A stretch of 64,000 nt of DNA from the IMG/VR virus record IMGVR_UViG_3300012351_000007, positions 1 to 64,000 of that record; one strand, given 5' to 3'. Below the pieces are notes generated by a model, which was not told the DNA's origin, ran no database searches, and saw only the letters and a program-made list of their open reading frames with translations. This document shows positions 1-9,590 of this stretch, piece by piece (position 1 is the stretch's first letter; every line of letters begins with the position of its first letter). Source of the stretch: a virus. A program made the position numbers and the translations under genes.

Positions 1-70
1 GGATCGCGGTGCGGAGAGCTTCCGCGACCTGCGCATACGGCGGCAGCGGGTCGTCCGGATTGACGGTCAC
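1..70 (-). CDS. GntR-family repressor (Kor/TraR-like), 5' part only, runs off window
   Basis: GTG at 70 reads VTVNPDDPLPPYAQVAEALRTAI, a typical GntR N-terminus; -10-like TACGCT 7 nt upstream (leaderless); divergent from the tra operon; not in ORF track. Confidence 0.7.
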   Translation of the reverse strand, partial: MTVNPDDPLPPYAQVAEALRTAI

Positions 71-77
71 GTCGATA

Positions 78-183
78 AGCGTAAGGGGCTCTAGGTGACC
101 TAGGTAAGCCGCCGCGCCTGCCCTCCTTGACCATCCCTAGACATCTGTGCATACTAGATGTCTAGGGATTTAGATCTAGATGT
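78..183. promoter_or_regulatory. Divergent promoter region with palindromic operators
   Basis: TTGACC(127-132)-N17-CATACT(150-155); perfect 14-bp inverted repeat ATCCCTAGACATCT(133-146)/AGATGTCTAGGGAT(156-169); CTAGGT-G-ACCTAG at 91-103. Confidence 0.7.
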
Positions 184-202
184 GACGGAGGACGAGTTGC
201 GG

Positions 203-598
203 ATGTCAGCCCCAACCCCGCCACCGGTCGGCGAGTTCGAGGCCATCCCCGACCCGTTCGACTGTGTTGCGGCGCTGAACCGGCTGGCGGATGTCATGGG
301 CTGGCGGTTCCCGCGCAGGCACGCCGCCTTGCGCAAGGCGAAGTTGCGCCAGATCCGCGACACGCCGAAACCAGACGGCAGCCGCTACACATTCGCCGAG
401 ATCGGCGAACTGATCGACCTGCACGCCACGCGCGTGTGGCAACTGTTGGCCAAGAACAAGTCGAGGCCCGACGCCGTAGCGCCGGACCTCGCCGAAGAGT
501 GTGCCCCAGCCGTCGTGCTGCCAACGACGCCCGCACGGAGCCGGAAGACCGCGGCGGCTGGGGACTTCCAGACGATACCAGCGGAGGCCACGTCATGA
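203..598 (+). CDS. Helix-turn-helix DNA-binding protein
   Basis: YTFAEIGELIDLHATRVWQLL HTH; GGAGGA RBS precedes ATG 203, while ATG 158 lies inside the promoter. Confidence 0.6.
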   Translation: MSAPTPPPVGEFEAIPDPFDCVAALNRLADVMGWRFPRRHAALRKAKLRQIRDTPKPDGSRYTFAEIGELIDLHATRVWQLLAKNKSRPDAVAPDLAEECAPAVVLPTTPARSRKTAAAGDFQTIPAEATS

Positions 599-792
599 CG
601 GCCCACGGCGGCGGCATGTACTGCCCGATCCCCGGCCCTGACCTGGACGGGCTGACCGCCCTACTGCGGGCGAAGGCCGACGAGTACCAGCGTCTCGCGG
701 CCGCCTTCGCGGCCCAGAACCCCTCACCGACGGAGCGGCCCGAAGCCCTCCTCCACCCGTCACCCGCCCTGAACGGAGCCCGCCATGCCTGA
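595..792 (+). CDS. Hypothetical protein
   Basis: ATGA overlap with upstream gene. Confidence 0.45.
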   Translation: MTAHGGGMYCPIPGPDLDGLTALLRAKADEYQRLAAAFAAQNPSPTERPEALLHPSPALNGARHA

Positions 793-1138
793 CCTGAACA
801 CCCTCGACGAGATCCACGCTTGGCGTCCCGCCTGGACCGACGAACTGCACCCCGCCTTCTGCGGCACCGGCGTCGGCTGCGACGGGCACCACCTCTCCGA
901 GGTCGCCGAGGTCCACACCGGAGGTACCGGGCCGTGGCTGAAGGTGCTCGCCGACATGGACCGCACCGGCCGGTGCACGGTGATCCTCGGCTGCGACGAC
1001 GACCGGGGCGTCAACTTCGAGCAGAAGCTGACCATCGGCGCCGCGGTGGCTCTGGCGCATGCCCTGCTCGATGCGGTGCACGTGGCGCGGACCCAAACCC
1101 GGATGGTGCGACGTGACGTGCTGGCGGTGGCCGCGTGA
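785..1138 (+). CDS. Hypothetical protein
   Basis: GGAG RBS, operon position. Confidence 0.55.
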   Translation: MPDLNTLDEIHAWRPAWTDELHPAFCGTGVGCDGHHLSEVAEVHTGGTGPWLKVLADMDRTGRCTVILGCDDDRGVNFEQKLTIGAAVALAHALLDAVHVARTQTRMVRRDVLAVAA

Positions 1139-1202
1139 AGCCGCTCCACGCCGCGAGCAGGCGACAGTGCCGCAGCGACGACACCAAGGAGAACGAGCCC
1201 CG

Positions 1203-1550
1203 ATGAGCACCTTCATGCACCTTGCGCACGCTCTGATGGGCGCGACTGCACACCACCCCAGTTGGGTACTGGCCGCTCCCAGCCACGTGCTGGCCGCCGA
1301 TCCGACGCCTGCCGGGCCAGCGCCGACGGCGCATGTCAACCCCAACGGGTTCATGAACTTCCTGATCTCGTGGGTGCTGCCGATCCTGATCGCCCTCGCC
1401 GGCATCTACGCGATCGGCCGCTCGAAGAAGGGCGACATGAACGCCACCCTGACCCAGTTCTCGATCGTGGTGATCGGCGTCGTTTTGATCGCCAGCGCTG
1501 GGGTGTTGTTCTTCGCCGGCCAGTACCTCGTCCACCTCGTCATCAGCTGA
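1203..1550 (+). CDS. VirB2/TcpD-like small two-TM conjugation protein
   Basis: AAGGAG RBS; leader plus two hydrophobic helices separated by GRSKKGD; lies just before VirB3/VirB4-like genes. Confidence 0.55.
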   Translation: MSTFMHLAHALMGATAHHPSWVLAAPSHVLAADPTPAGPAPTAHVNPNGFMNFLISWVLPILIALAGIYAIGRSKKGDMNATLTQFSIVVIGVVLIASAGVLFFAGQYLVHLVIS

Positions 1551-1563
1551 GGCGGTACAGGCG

Positions 1564-1923
1564 ATGAAGTTCCGCGTCGACGACGACATCTACCGGGCCC
1601 GGCTGGTCTACGTGGGGCCGCCTGGCTACACCCTGCCCGTGCAGTTGACCTACGGCCAGTGGGGGTTGTTCGTCGCCCTGGCGACTGTGTGTCTCGGCGG
1701 CGGGCTGGCGGTCACCGGCGGCGACTGGAAGGTCGGCGGGCTCGCGCTCGCCACGGCGATCTTCTGTACGCACTGGGTGTCGCAGCATGTCGACCCGGAC
1801 CGGCCCGCCCGGAAGGTCATCGCCACCGTCCTCACCGACTGGCGCAGGTACACCCCGACCCCACCCGGCGCGCTGCCGCGCCTGTCCGCCACCAACGTCC
1901 GTATCCGGCAGGAGCGACTGTGA
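1564..1923 (+). CDS. VirB3/TcpE-like membrane protein
   Basis: Two TM segments; GTGA overlap with the ATPase gene. Confidence 0.55.
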   Translation: MKFRVDDDIYRARLVYVGPPGYTLPVQLTYGQWGLFVALATVCLGGGLAVTGGDWKVGGLALATAIFCTHWVSQHVDPDRPARKVIATVLTDWRRYTPTPPGALPRLSATNVRIRQERL

Positions 1924-4445
1924 TCCTCAACCTCGCCCCGTGGCGGCGTGTCGCGAAGGACCCGGCGCCGGCCGCCGAGCTGGCCTTGACCGAGGTCGTC
2001 GGGCACCTGACGTTCACCGGCGCCACAGTGACCGCCTGGTACCGGCTGCCCGAGCAGGTGTGGGCGTTCCGCGGCGACCCGGACCGGGAGGGCCTGCTGG
2101 CGGCGGTCGCCGCCCAGTTCGCCGGCCTAGTGGGGCACCGGCTGCACCTGCGCCGCACCACCCGCCCGTTCCCGGTCTGCGCCTGGGACGACATGCAGCG
2201 GGCCGCCAACCCGGCCCCGCTGCCGCCCGGGATGCCATGGGAGCGGCACCTGTCCACCGCCGTTGAGCACCTGCTGGCCGGCGGCCACACCCAGGGGCAT
2301 GCCCTGTTGGGGGTGACGTTCGCCCGGCGGCGCATCACCGACACCCTCGGTGGGCTACGGCGCCGCCGCCCGGCGGCCGGCGACACCGAGGTGGCGCGGC
2401 TCACCGAACGGGTGGGCGTCTTCGATGACATGCTCGCCGGCTACGGCCTGGCCGCGGTACCAGCCTCCGCGGAAGAGCTAGCGTGGCTGCTGTACCGGTC
2501 GGTCGGCCTCGGCCTGGACCCGCCGCCGCACGTACCGGGCAGCCTCGACCCGGGTGACATCCTCGCCCTGACCGAGCGGGTCGACCGGTACCGCGACCGC
2601 TACGGCGCCACCACCCGCCTCGTTGACCGGGTCACCGGGCAGGAGTCCCACGTCGCGGTCCTGACCGTGGGCCGCATGGAGGACCAGGAGATTCCGCAAC
2701 TGCACGACCCGTGGTTGCACCTGGCCGACCAGTTGCCGTGGCCGGTGGAAACCTCATCGCGGGTGGACGTGCTGGACCCGTCCGCGACCTCGGGCCGCAT
2801 CAACCAGCAGCTGCTGCTGATCCGCTCGCAGCAGCGGGACTGGCGCCAGCACGACCTAGACGTGCCGGAGTCGCTGCACCGCCTCGCCGACCGGGCCCGC
2901 GACGTGAGCGACCAGATTGACACCGGTCGGCCCGTTGACGCGACCCGGGTGCATGGCTGGCACCGGCTGGCCGTCACCGCCCCGACCGAGAAGGAATGCC
3001 TGACCCGGGTTGACGAGACGATCCGCCTGTACGCCCAGCGGGCCCGGATCGACCTGCGCCACCCCAAGCACCAGGACCGCCTCGGCCGCGAGTTCATCCC
3101 CGGTGAGCCGATCGCCAACACCGGCTACCTGCGGCGCATGCCGGTAGGCATGTTCGCCGCCGCGCTGCCGCAGGCCGCCGCGATCGTCGGCGACGGCCAC
3201 GGCGACTACATCGGCCACACCGCCGGCGCCGGCCGCCGGCCGGTCCTGTACGACCCGCACTTCCCGATGCAGGTACGGGAACGGTCCGGGCTGGCCGTGT
3301 TCGTCGCCGAACCCGGCGGTGGCAAGTCCACCCTCATGGGGGCGCTGGGCTACCTGGCGGCCCGCCGGGGGGTGCAGGTCACCCTGCTCGACCCGTCCGG
3401 GCCGCTGGGTCGGCTGGCCGAGATGCCGGAGCTGGCTGGGCACGCCCGCGTGGTCAACCTGGCCGGTGCGCAGACCGGCACCCTCGCCCCGTACGCCCTG
3501 GTGCCCACCCCACGCCGCCGCGACTTCACCGACGGCCCCGACGGGGACGTCGAGTTCGACACGGCGGTGTCCACCGCGCAGGCCGAACGTAGGTCGCTGG
3601 TGCGCGATTTGTGCATGATGCTGCTGCCGCCGCAGACGGTACGGCTGTCCGAGCCGGTGACCGCGCTGCGTAACGCGCTGCGCCAGGTACCGGCCGACGA
3701 GTCCACCGCCCTCGAGGACGTCCTGGACCAGCTCAACATCGACGGCGACGCCGGTGACGTGGACGCGAAGAGCGTGGCCAACCTGCTTGGCGACGCCGCC
3801 GAGCTGCCCCTGGCCCGGCTGTTCTTCGGCCACCCACCGGCGGGCATGCTCACCACCAACGCCGCGTTGACCGTCATCACCATGGCCGGTCTGCGACTGC
3901 CCGACCTGGGCATCGAACGCGAGTACTGGTCCACCGAGGAATCCATCGCGCTGCCGATGCTGCACCTGGCGCACCGGCTCGCGGTGCGCCGCTGCTACGG
4001 CGGCGACATGCACGCCCGCAAACTGGTCGGCCTCGACGAGGCGCATTTCATGAACGACTGGCCGTCGGGGCGGGCGTTCCTGGTGCGGCTGGCCCGGGAC
4101 TCCCGCAAGTGGAACATCGCCGGCCTGGTCGCCTCACAGAACCCGAAGGACATCCTCGGCCTGGATGTGCAGAACCTCGTGTCGACGGTGTTCGTCGGAC
4201 GCATCGCCGAAGACGCCGACATCGCCGCCGAGGCGCTGCGGCTGCTGCGGGTGCCGGTCGGCGCCGGCTACGAGCAGACCCTGGCCACGTTGTCGCAGGT
4301 CGCCGCCGACTCCACCGACCGGCTCGGTTACCGCGAGTTCCTGATGCGTGACGTCGAGGGTCGCGTACAGAAGATCCGCGTCGATGTGTCGTGGGCGCCG
4401 GACCTGCTCGACCGGCTCAACACCACCCCTGGAGGTGCCCGGTGA
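1920..4445 (+). CDS. VirB4/TcpF-like conjugative ATPase (AAA_10 type)
   Basis: Walker A AEPGGGKST, LLDPSG, Walker B LVGLDEAH, RDSRKWN..ASQNP; ~840 aa. Confidence 0.85.
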   Translation: MILNLAPWRRVAKDPAPAAELALTEVVGHLTFTGATVTAWYRLPEQVWAFRGDPDREGLLAAVAAQFAGLVGHRLHLRRTTRPFPVCAWDDMQRAANPAPLPPGMPWERHLSTAVEHLLAGGHTQGHALLGVTFARRRITDTLGGLRRRRPAAGDTEVARLTERVGVFDDMLAGYGLAAVPASAEELAWLLYRSVGLGLDPPPHVPGSLDPGDILALTERVDRYRDRYGATTRLVDRVTGQESHVAVLTVGRMEDQEIPQLHDPWLHLADQLPWPVETSSRVDVLDPSATSGRINQQLLLIRSQQRDWRQHDLDVPESLHRLADRARDVSDQIDTGRPVDATRVHGWHRLAVTAPTEKECLTRVDETIRLYAQRARIDLRHPKHQDRLGREFIPGEPIANTGYLRRMPVGMFAAALPQAAAIVGDGHGDYIGHTAGAGRRPVLYDPHFPMQVRERSGLAVFVAEPGGGKSTLMGALGYLAARRGVQVTLLDPSGPLGRLAEMPELAGHARVVNLAGAQTGTLAPYALVPTPRRRDFTDGPDGDVEFDTAVSTAQAERRSLVRDLCMMLLPPQTVRLSEPVTALRNALRQVPADESTALEDVLDQLNIDGDAGDVDAKSVANLLGDAAELPLARLFFGHPPAGMLTTNAALTVITMAGLRLPDLGIEREYWSTEESIALPMLHLAHRLAVRRCYGGDMHARKLVGLDEAHFMNDWPSGRAFLVRLARDSRKWNIAGLVASQNPKDILGLDVQNLVSTVFVGRIAEDADIAAEALRLLRVPVGAGYEQTLATLSQVAADSTDRLGYREFLMRDVEGRVQKIRVDVSWAPDLLDRLNTTPGGAR

Positions 4446-6088
4446 TGATGCGTCGCCTGGTCTTCGCTGCCGCCGCGGTGTGTGTGGCCGCGGTCACCGT
4501 CGTGCTGCCTGGTGCGCAGCCGGCAGCCGCCGCCCCGAGCCAAGATTTGTGCTCGGTGAAGCAGTGGCAGGACCCGTCCCAATTCGACCTCTGTGCGTCC
4601 CGGCTCGGTACCGCCGTCACGCAGCAAACCGAGTGCCTGCAGCCGCCGGTGCCGGACTCCCCAGATGCCGGGATCGCCGGCTGGTTCACCCGCCGCCCCG
4701 ACTCCGACCTGCACTCGGGTGTGTCCGGCCAGTACAGCCACTACGGAGTGGCCGGCTACCAGGTGCAGACCTACGACGTGGGCGGCGCCACCGGGTGCGT
4801 GAGCATGCTGGCGCACCCGGACGCGGTCGGGGAGAACGCGGTCGCGTCGATGGAGTTCACCGCCGCCGCGTCGATCATCGGCGCGGCGAACGGGCTGCGG
4901 GAACGCGCCTACGACCCAGGCAGCATGTGGAACTGGTCGGACGAGTTTGTCACCACCGCCACCCAGGACGGATACAAGTACGTCTTCTCGACCTTCGGTG
5001 TGCTGACTCTGGTCCTCGCCGGCCTGTACCTGATCAGTCGGGCCCGGCGTGGGCGCCTGTCCGACGCGACCCAGGTCGCCGGTTGGGCGATGGTCGTCAT
5101 GGTGGCGGTGACCGCCGTCGCCCAATACCCCCTCGCCGCCGCCCACCTCGCCGACCAGGTGTCGCTGACTGGCCTGTCCGCCATGCACTCGGTGCTCGCG
5201 CCGCAGCCGGTGTCCATCCCCACCGACCAGTGCCCGCTGCCCGGCCCGGACTCGTGCGTCGACCACCGCAGCGTCGCGGTACGCGCCTCGGACACCGTCA
5301 CCCAGGCGGTCCTGTACCGGTCGTGGTTGCGCGCGGAACTGGGGTCGGCAGACTCGCCGACCGCGCAGAAGTACGGGCTGGCCCTGTACGACGCGGCCAC
5401 CCTGTCGTGGGGGCAGGCCGCCGACCTGGCCGCCCACCCCGACCAGCGGACCGAGGTCATCAACCACAAGAAGGTCCGGTGGATGACGATCGCCGCGCAA
5501 ATCAAAACCGAGGACCCAGGCGCTTACGAGCACCTGCAGGGCCTGCGCGGGATCGACCGGATCGGCGACGGATTCGTCGCAGCCCTGTCAGCGGCGATCT
5601 TCGCCGGGTTCGACATGGCCGCCTCGCTGCTGATCCTGCTCGGGTTCATGGTGTTCCGCATCGCCGTCATCGTCCTGCCCGGGCTCGCAACGGTTGGGCT
5701 GCTGCGCCCCGCCTCCGGTGGTGTGCGGCGACTACTCAACATCGTCGTCGGGTCGATCATCAACATCGTCCTGTTCGGCGCCGGTGCTGGTGTGTACCTG
5801 ACCGCCACCAACCTGCTGTTCGCCAGCGACCTGCCCGGCGCGGTGCAGATTTTCGGGGTGCTGCTGGCCGGGGTCGCCGCGTTCATGCTGCTGCGTCCGG
5901 TGCGGCGGCTGCTACACACCGTCGGCCGCCATCACCGCGACGACGACGAGGACCAGCCGCAGGTCAAGGCCTCGGCCGCCATCACCGCGACGACGCTGCC
6001 CGCCGGCCACCAGCCGCTGGCCATCACCGCCGCGCCAGCGCATCCGGCGCGGCCCGAAACCATCGCCGGCGCCGGGAGGCGACTGTGA
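4445..6088 (+). CDS. VirB6/TcpH-like polytopic membrane protein
   Basis: Signal peptide, multiple TM helices, coupled to VirB4-like gene. Confidence 0.7.
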   Translation: MMRRLVFAAAAVCVAAVTVVLPGAQPAAAAPSQDLCSVKQWQDPSQFDLCASRLGTAVTQQTECLQPPVPDSPDAGIAGWFTRRPDSDLHSGVSGQYSHYGVAGYQVQTYDVGGATGCVSMLAHPDAVGENAVASMEFTAAASIIGAANGLRERAYDPGSMWNWSDEFVTTATQDGYKYVFSTFGVLTLVLAGLYLISRARRGRLSDATQVAGWAMVVMVAVTAVAQYPLAAAHLADQVSLTGLSAMHSVLAPQPVSIPTDQCPLPGPDSCVDHRSVAVRASDTVTQAVLYRSWLRAELGSADSPTAQKYGLALYDAATLSWGQAADLAAHPDQRTEVINHKKVRWMTIAAQIKTEDPGAYEHLQGLRGIDRIGDGFVAALSAAIFAGFDMAASLLILLGFMVFRIAVIVLPGLATVGLLRPASGGVRRLLNIVVGSIINIVLFGAGAGVYLTATNLLFASDLPGAVQIFGVLLAGVAAFMLLRPVRRLLHTVGRHHRDDDEDQPQVKASAAITATTLPAGHQPLAITAAPAHPARPETIAGAGRRL

Positions 6089-6702
6089 ACACGATCAGCA
6101 CGGTCCTACGCCGGCTCTCCATCCGCCACGTCGCCGTCGCCGCCGCGGTCACGGCCGTCGTGGTGCTGGCCGCCGTTGGTGGGCTGAACCGCCACCACAA
6201 CGCGGCCGGCACCGTACCCCCGGTCACCATGCCCAGCAGTGACGGCTGGACGGCGAGTACCCCATCGCCCACCGACCCGGCGGCGGCGTCGCAAAGCGCC
6301 CCCGCAGACACAGGCGACGACGGGGCACCGGACCCGATAACCAGCCCGAGCCCGACGACCGGGGATGGGCTCCAGGTGGCGCAGGAGGCCACCGTCGAGT
6401 TCCTGGCCCGCTTCCTCAACACCGCGGGGCAGAGCGCCACCCAGTGGCACAAGTCGTGGCAGGACCTGGTCACCCCGCAGTTGGCGCAGCTGCTCGCTGA
6501 CGTCGACATGACCCGGGTACCGGTCGGACGGGTCGGGCAGGTCAAGAGCGTGGCCGCGTTCGGCACCGGGCAGGCCGTGGTCACCACCCCCATCGTCGCC
6601 AACACCGACGTCAACAAGACCGTGGTCACCGTCAAGGTGACCACGGTGTACGCCGGTGACGGCCGGTGGCTGGTGTCGCAGATTGACCAGGTGCAGCCGT
6701 GA
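6085..6702 (+). CDS. VirB8/TcpC-like bitopic protein
   Basis: N-terminal TM, Pro/Thr linker, NTF2-like C-terminus ending GRWLVSQI; GTGA overlaps at both ends. Confidence 0.55.
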   Translation: MNTISTVLRRLSIRHVAVAAAVTAVVVLAAVGGLNRHHNAAGTVPPVTMPSSDGWTASTPSPTDPAAASQSAPADTGDDGAPDPITSPSPTTGDGLQVAQEATVEFLARFLNTAGQSATQWHKSWQDLVTPQLAQLLADVDMTRVPVGRVGQVKSVAAFGTGQAVVTTPIVANTDVNKTVVTVKVTTVYAGDGRWLVSQIDQVQP

Positions 6703-7799
6703 AAAAGGCGCTGCTCGTCACCCTCGCCGCCGGTGTCCCACTGGTCGTGGTGTGTTGCGGCGGCGCTGCGGCCGTCTCACTGGCGGCCGCGTTCACCGGC
6801 GGCGACCAGCAGGCCACCACCACCGCAGCGCTCACCTGCGGCGGCACCACCGCGCCGCCGGCACCGGTGCCGGTGAAGGCGCCCGGCTGGTCTGCCAAGC
6901 AGACCGGCAACGCGGCCACGATCGTGCGGGTCGGACAGCAGATGGCCGTGCCGCCCCGCGGCTGGGTGATCGCCGTCGCGACCGCCATCCAGGAAGACGA
7001 CCTGAACAACTCGACGGTCGCCAACGACCACGACTCGCTGGGCCTGTTCCAGCAGCGCCCCTCGCAGGGCTGGGGCACCCCGGCGCAGGTGACCGACCCG
7101 GCCTATTCGTCGCGCAAGTTCTACGAGCACCTGCTGGCGGTGCCCGGCTGGGCGCAGATGTCGCTGACCCGGGCCGCGCAGGCGGTGCAACGTTCCGCGT
7201 TCCCCAACGCCTACGCCAAGCACGAGCCGGCCGCTGCCGCACTGGTGAACAAGGTGGCCGGTGGGGCGGCGAACCAGGCCGGTACGCAGGCCGGCCGGTG
7301 CACCCAACCCGGGGAGGTTTCGGCGGGTGGGTGGACTGTGCCGGTGGGTGGGCAGATCGTCTCCGGGTTCCGCACACCCGACCGGCCCACCCACAACGGC
7401 GTCGACCTGGCCGCATCGAAGCACACCGCGATCCATGCGGCGGCCGCCGGGACGGTGATCGTGGCCAAATGCGACCCGGCCACGGAGGCTACCGTCGGCA
7501 CCTGCAACCGGGACGGGTCCAGTTCGGCGAAGGGCTGCGGCTGGTACGTCGACCTTGCCCACGCCGGCGGGATCATCACCCGCTACTGCCACATGATGGT
7601 GGCTCCGCTGGTCAAGGTCGGCGACCAGGTCAGCGCCGGGCAGCCGATCGGCTGGTCCGGGTCGTCGGGCAACTCGTCAGGGCCGCACGTGCACTTCGAG
7701 GTCCACACCAACGGCGACGACCATGCGGCCACCGGTGCCATCGACCCGGTGCCGTTCATGCGCGACCACGGCGCACCTTTGGGAGGAAAGACGACGTGA
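6699..7799 (+). CDS. Conjugative cell-wall hydrolase: lysozyme-like domain + M23 peptidase
   Basis: TAIQE..DSLGLFQQRPSQGWG..AAQAVQRS; M23 motifs HNGVD, YCHM, GPHVHFEV. Confidence 0.85.
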   Translation: MKKALLVTLAAGVPLVVVCCGGAAAVSLAAAFTGGDQQATTTAALTCGGTTAPPAPVPVKAPGWSAKQTGNAATIVRVGQQMAVPPRGWVIAVATAIQEDDLNNSTVANDHDSLGLFQQRPSQGWGTPAQVTDPAYSSRKFYEHLLAVPGWAQMSLTRAAQAVQRSAFPNAYAKHEPAAAALVNKVAGGAANQAGTQAGRCTQPGEVSAGGWTVPVGGQIVSGFRTPDRPTHNGVDLAASKHTAIHAAAAGTVIVAKCDPATEATVGTCNRDGSSSAKGCGWYVDLAHAGGIITRYCHMMVAPLVKVGDQVSAGQPIGWSGSSGNSSGPHVHFEVHTNGDDHAATGAIDPVPFMRDHGAPLGGKTT

Positions 7800-8038
7800 A
7801 CGACGGCATGATCACTGTCAGGTCCCGTGACGACGACCGGCGCCGCCGCCGCCGGATCGGGCACGCTGTCGGTCGGTGGGCAGCATGGATGTTGTTCTTC
7901 GCAGTGGAGTGGCTGGCCACCTTCCTGCTTGACGCCGAAGCACTGCGCTTGCTCGCCCGCATTGGCCTCTTGATTGCCATGGTCAGCCTGACGGTCGAGA
8001 AGCTTCCCGCGTGGTTGCAGGAGGCGATCCGGTCGTGA
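7796..8038 (+). CDS. Small membrane protein
   Basis: Two TM segments, GTGA overlaps. Confidence 0.55.
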   Translation: MNDGMITVRSRDDDRRRRRRIGHAVGRWAAWMLFFAVEWLATFLLDAEALRLLARIGLLIAMVSLTVEKLPAWLQEAIRS

Positions 8039-9075
8039 GCGCGACTCAGGACACCACCACACCGGGTGCCCCACTCGCTGCAGAGACGCAGCCAGCCACC
8101 TGGACCCGTCGTGTCCCTATGACGCTTGCGCTCGTACTTGTCGCGGGGGTCTGGGTGGCTGGCTGCGTGTGGTCGTTCACGGAGCAGACCTCCTTTGCCC
8201 GGTTCAAGCACTTCCACCTGCCCCAGCTCCTGCCGCTGGTGATCGACGGGCTTGCCGTGTCGATGGCCGCAGTCGCGTACGCGGCCTCGCTGGACGCCCG
8301 TCCCGCGGTGTTCGCCCGCATCGGCACCGCCGCGGCAGTTGCCCTGTCGGCGGCGTCGAACGCCGCATGGGCGTGGGAGCGGTCGTCGGGTGACGACGGC
8401 ACCATCGCGCTGGCGATCGTGGTGCCCGTCCTGGCGAACCTCGCGTTCGAGGTCCTCCTGTCGGAGATCCGCCGGCAGGTGATGCGGCGCCGAGGCATCC
8501 CCGCGCCGGTGAAACTGCCGCTGCCCCGGCTGGCGCAGGCCGTCCTCGCACCATGGGCAACCTTCGTCGAGTGGCGCCGCCTCGTCCTGGAAGTCACGTC
8601 GCTCCGGGACGCGTTCGGCGCCGCCGAGGTGGCGTCGAAGGTCGACCCGGATGCGCCACGGAGCCCGGACCGGGGTCGGTCGGGAGCACGTCGGACCCGG
8701 GGGTCCGTGGCGTCGAAGCGGACCCCCGGGCAGGCCGTCCGTCAGACCCCCCGCCCGAAGGGGGTCCAGACCCCCTTGCGCCAGACCCCCCTCACCGACC
8801 GGACCCCCCCTCCGCCGGACCCCGGTCCGGACCCCCGGACCGGACCGGGGTCCGGGGACACGGCTGACCTCCGTCGCATCACCGCCGAGTTCGGCGACCG
8901 GACCCCCTCGATCAACGAAGTGCAGCGGCTGATCGGCGGCGGGCGAGCTCGGGCGGTCCGCCTCCGCGGCCTCGCCGACAAGGCATGGGCGGACCGCCCG
9001 GCACCGGTCATCAAGCCGGCCGTCGGCCAGCACCACGCCAACGGCACCCCCGTGCCGGACCTCACCACCCCGTGA
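8035..9075 (+). CDS. DUF2637/Spd-like membrane protein with C-terminal HTH
   Basis: 4 TM with LLPLVIDG and LSAASN motifs; C-terminal PSINEVQRLIGGGRARAVRLR. Confidence 0.7.
   Translation: MSATQDTTTPGAPLAAETQPATWTRRVPMTLALVLVAGVWVAGCVWSFTEQTSFARFKHFHLPQLLPLVIDGLAVSMAAVAYAASLDARPAVFARIGTAAAVALSAASNAAWAWERSSGDDGTIALAIVVPVLANLAFEVLLSEIRRQVMRRRGIPAPVKLPLPRLAQAVLAPWATFVEWRRLVLEVTSLRDAFGAAEVASKVDPDAPRSPDRGRSGARRTRGSVASKRTPGQAVRQTPRPKGVQTPLRQTPLTDRTPPPPDPGPDPRTGPGSGDTADLRRITAEFGDRTPSINEVQRLIGGGRARAVRLRGLADKAWADRPAPVIKPAVGQHHANGTPVPDLTTP
8640..8910. repeat. Cluster of C(G/A)GACCC(C/G) motifs in both orientations
   Basis: About 9 forward copies (8692, 8719, 8743, 8767, 8782, 8800, 8816, 8828, 8899) and 3-4 reverse copies (8672, 8700, 8761, 8847). 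Confidence 0.6.
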
Positions 9076-9086
9076 AAGGAAAGATC

Positions 9087-9590
9087 ATGCAGTACCCCAG
9101 GTTTGTCCTGAACCTCCGAAACAGGATCAACTCCATGTCCGGGCTCGGGCTGGCGTGGCTCTCACTCATCGCCGCAATCATCGGCGGCTCGGCCGCCTCG
9201 ATCTGCTGGATCGGGGGACTCATCCAGGGCGGCGCCAGCATGCTGCCGTGGCACCTCGGCTGGGCCGCGCCGCTGGTCGTGTCCGTCGTCTTCCTGGTCG
9301 ACGTGTTCTCCGACCTGACCCCCAACCGGAAGGCGGTCTTCGCGGCGTCGGTGTTGCCGTCGCTGTTCCTGCTGGTGCACGGCACCCTCGGCGGTGCCGT
9401 GCACGGGTGGATCGACCACATCAACACGTGGTCGCACCAGAATTTCGGCACCGTCCTCGGCGAGGGGTCCGCGACGGCTGTGGCCACCTTGTGCCTGCTC
9501 GGCGCGTTCATGCTGGCGCAGCGGGCCGCCCCGAAGCTGGAGCAGGGCAGCCGGGGCATGGCCGATGCGGGCGCCGGTAGGCGGATGTGA
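9087..9590 (+). CDS. Polytopic membrane protein (Spd-like by position)
   Basis: AAGGA RBS, ~4 TM helices. Confidence 0.6.
   Translation: MQYPRFVLNLRNRINSMSGLGLAWLSLIAAIIGGSAASICWIGGLIQGGASMLPWHLGWAAPLVVSVVFLVDVFSDLTPNRKAVFAASVLPSLFLLVHGTLGGAVHGWIDHINTWSHQNFGTVLGEGSATAVATLCLLGAFMLAQRAAPKLEQGSRGMADAGAGRRM

Noticed and set aside
158-202. ATG 158 as start of the HTH gene
   Set aside because: It lies 2 nt after the -10 box inside the operator; the RBS supports ATG 203
4348-6702. 784-aa ORF as a single gene
   Set aside because: The first ~580 codons are an Arg/Pro-rich off-frame overlap of the VirB6-like gene; the real start is GTG 6085
8640-8910. CRISPR array
   Set aside because: Motifs are 8-9 bp, irregularly spaced, in both orientations and within a CDS; no cas genes or repeat-spacer periodicity seen anywhere
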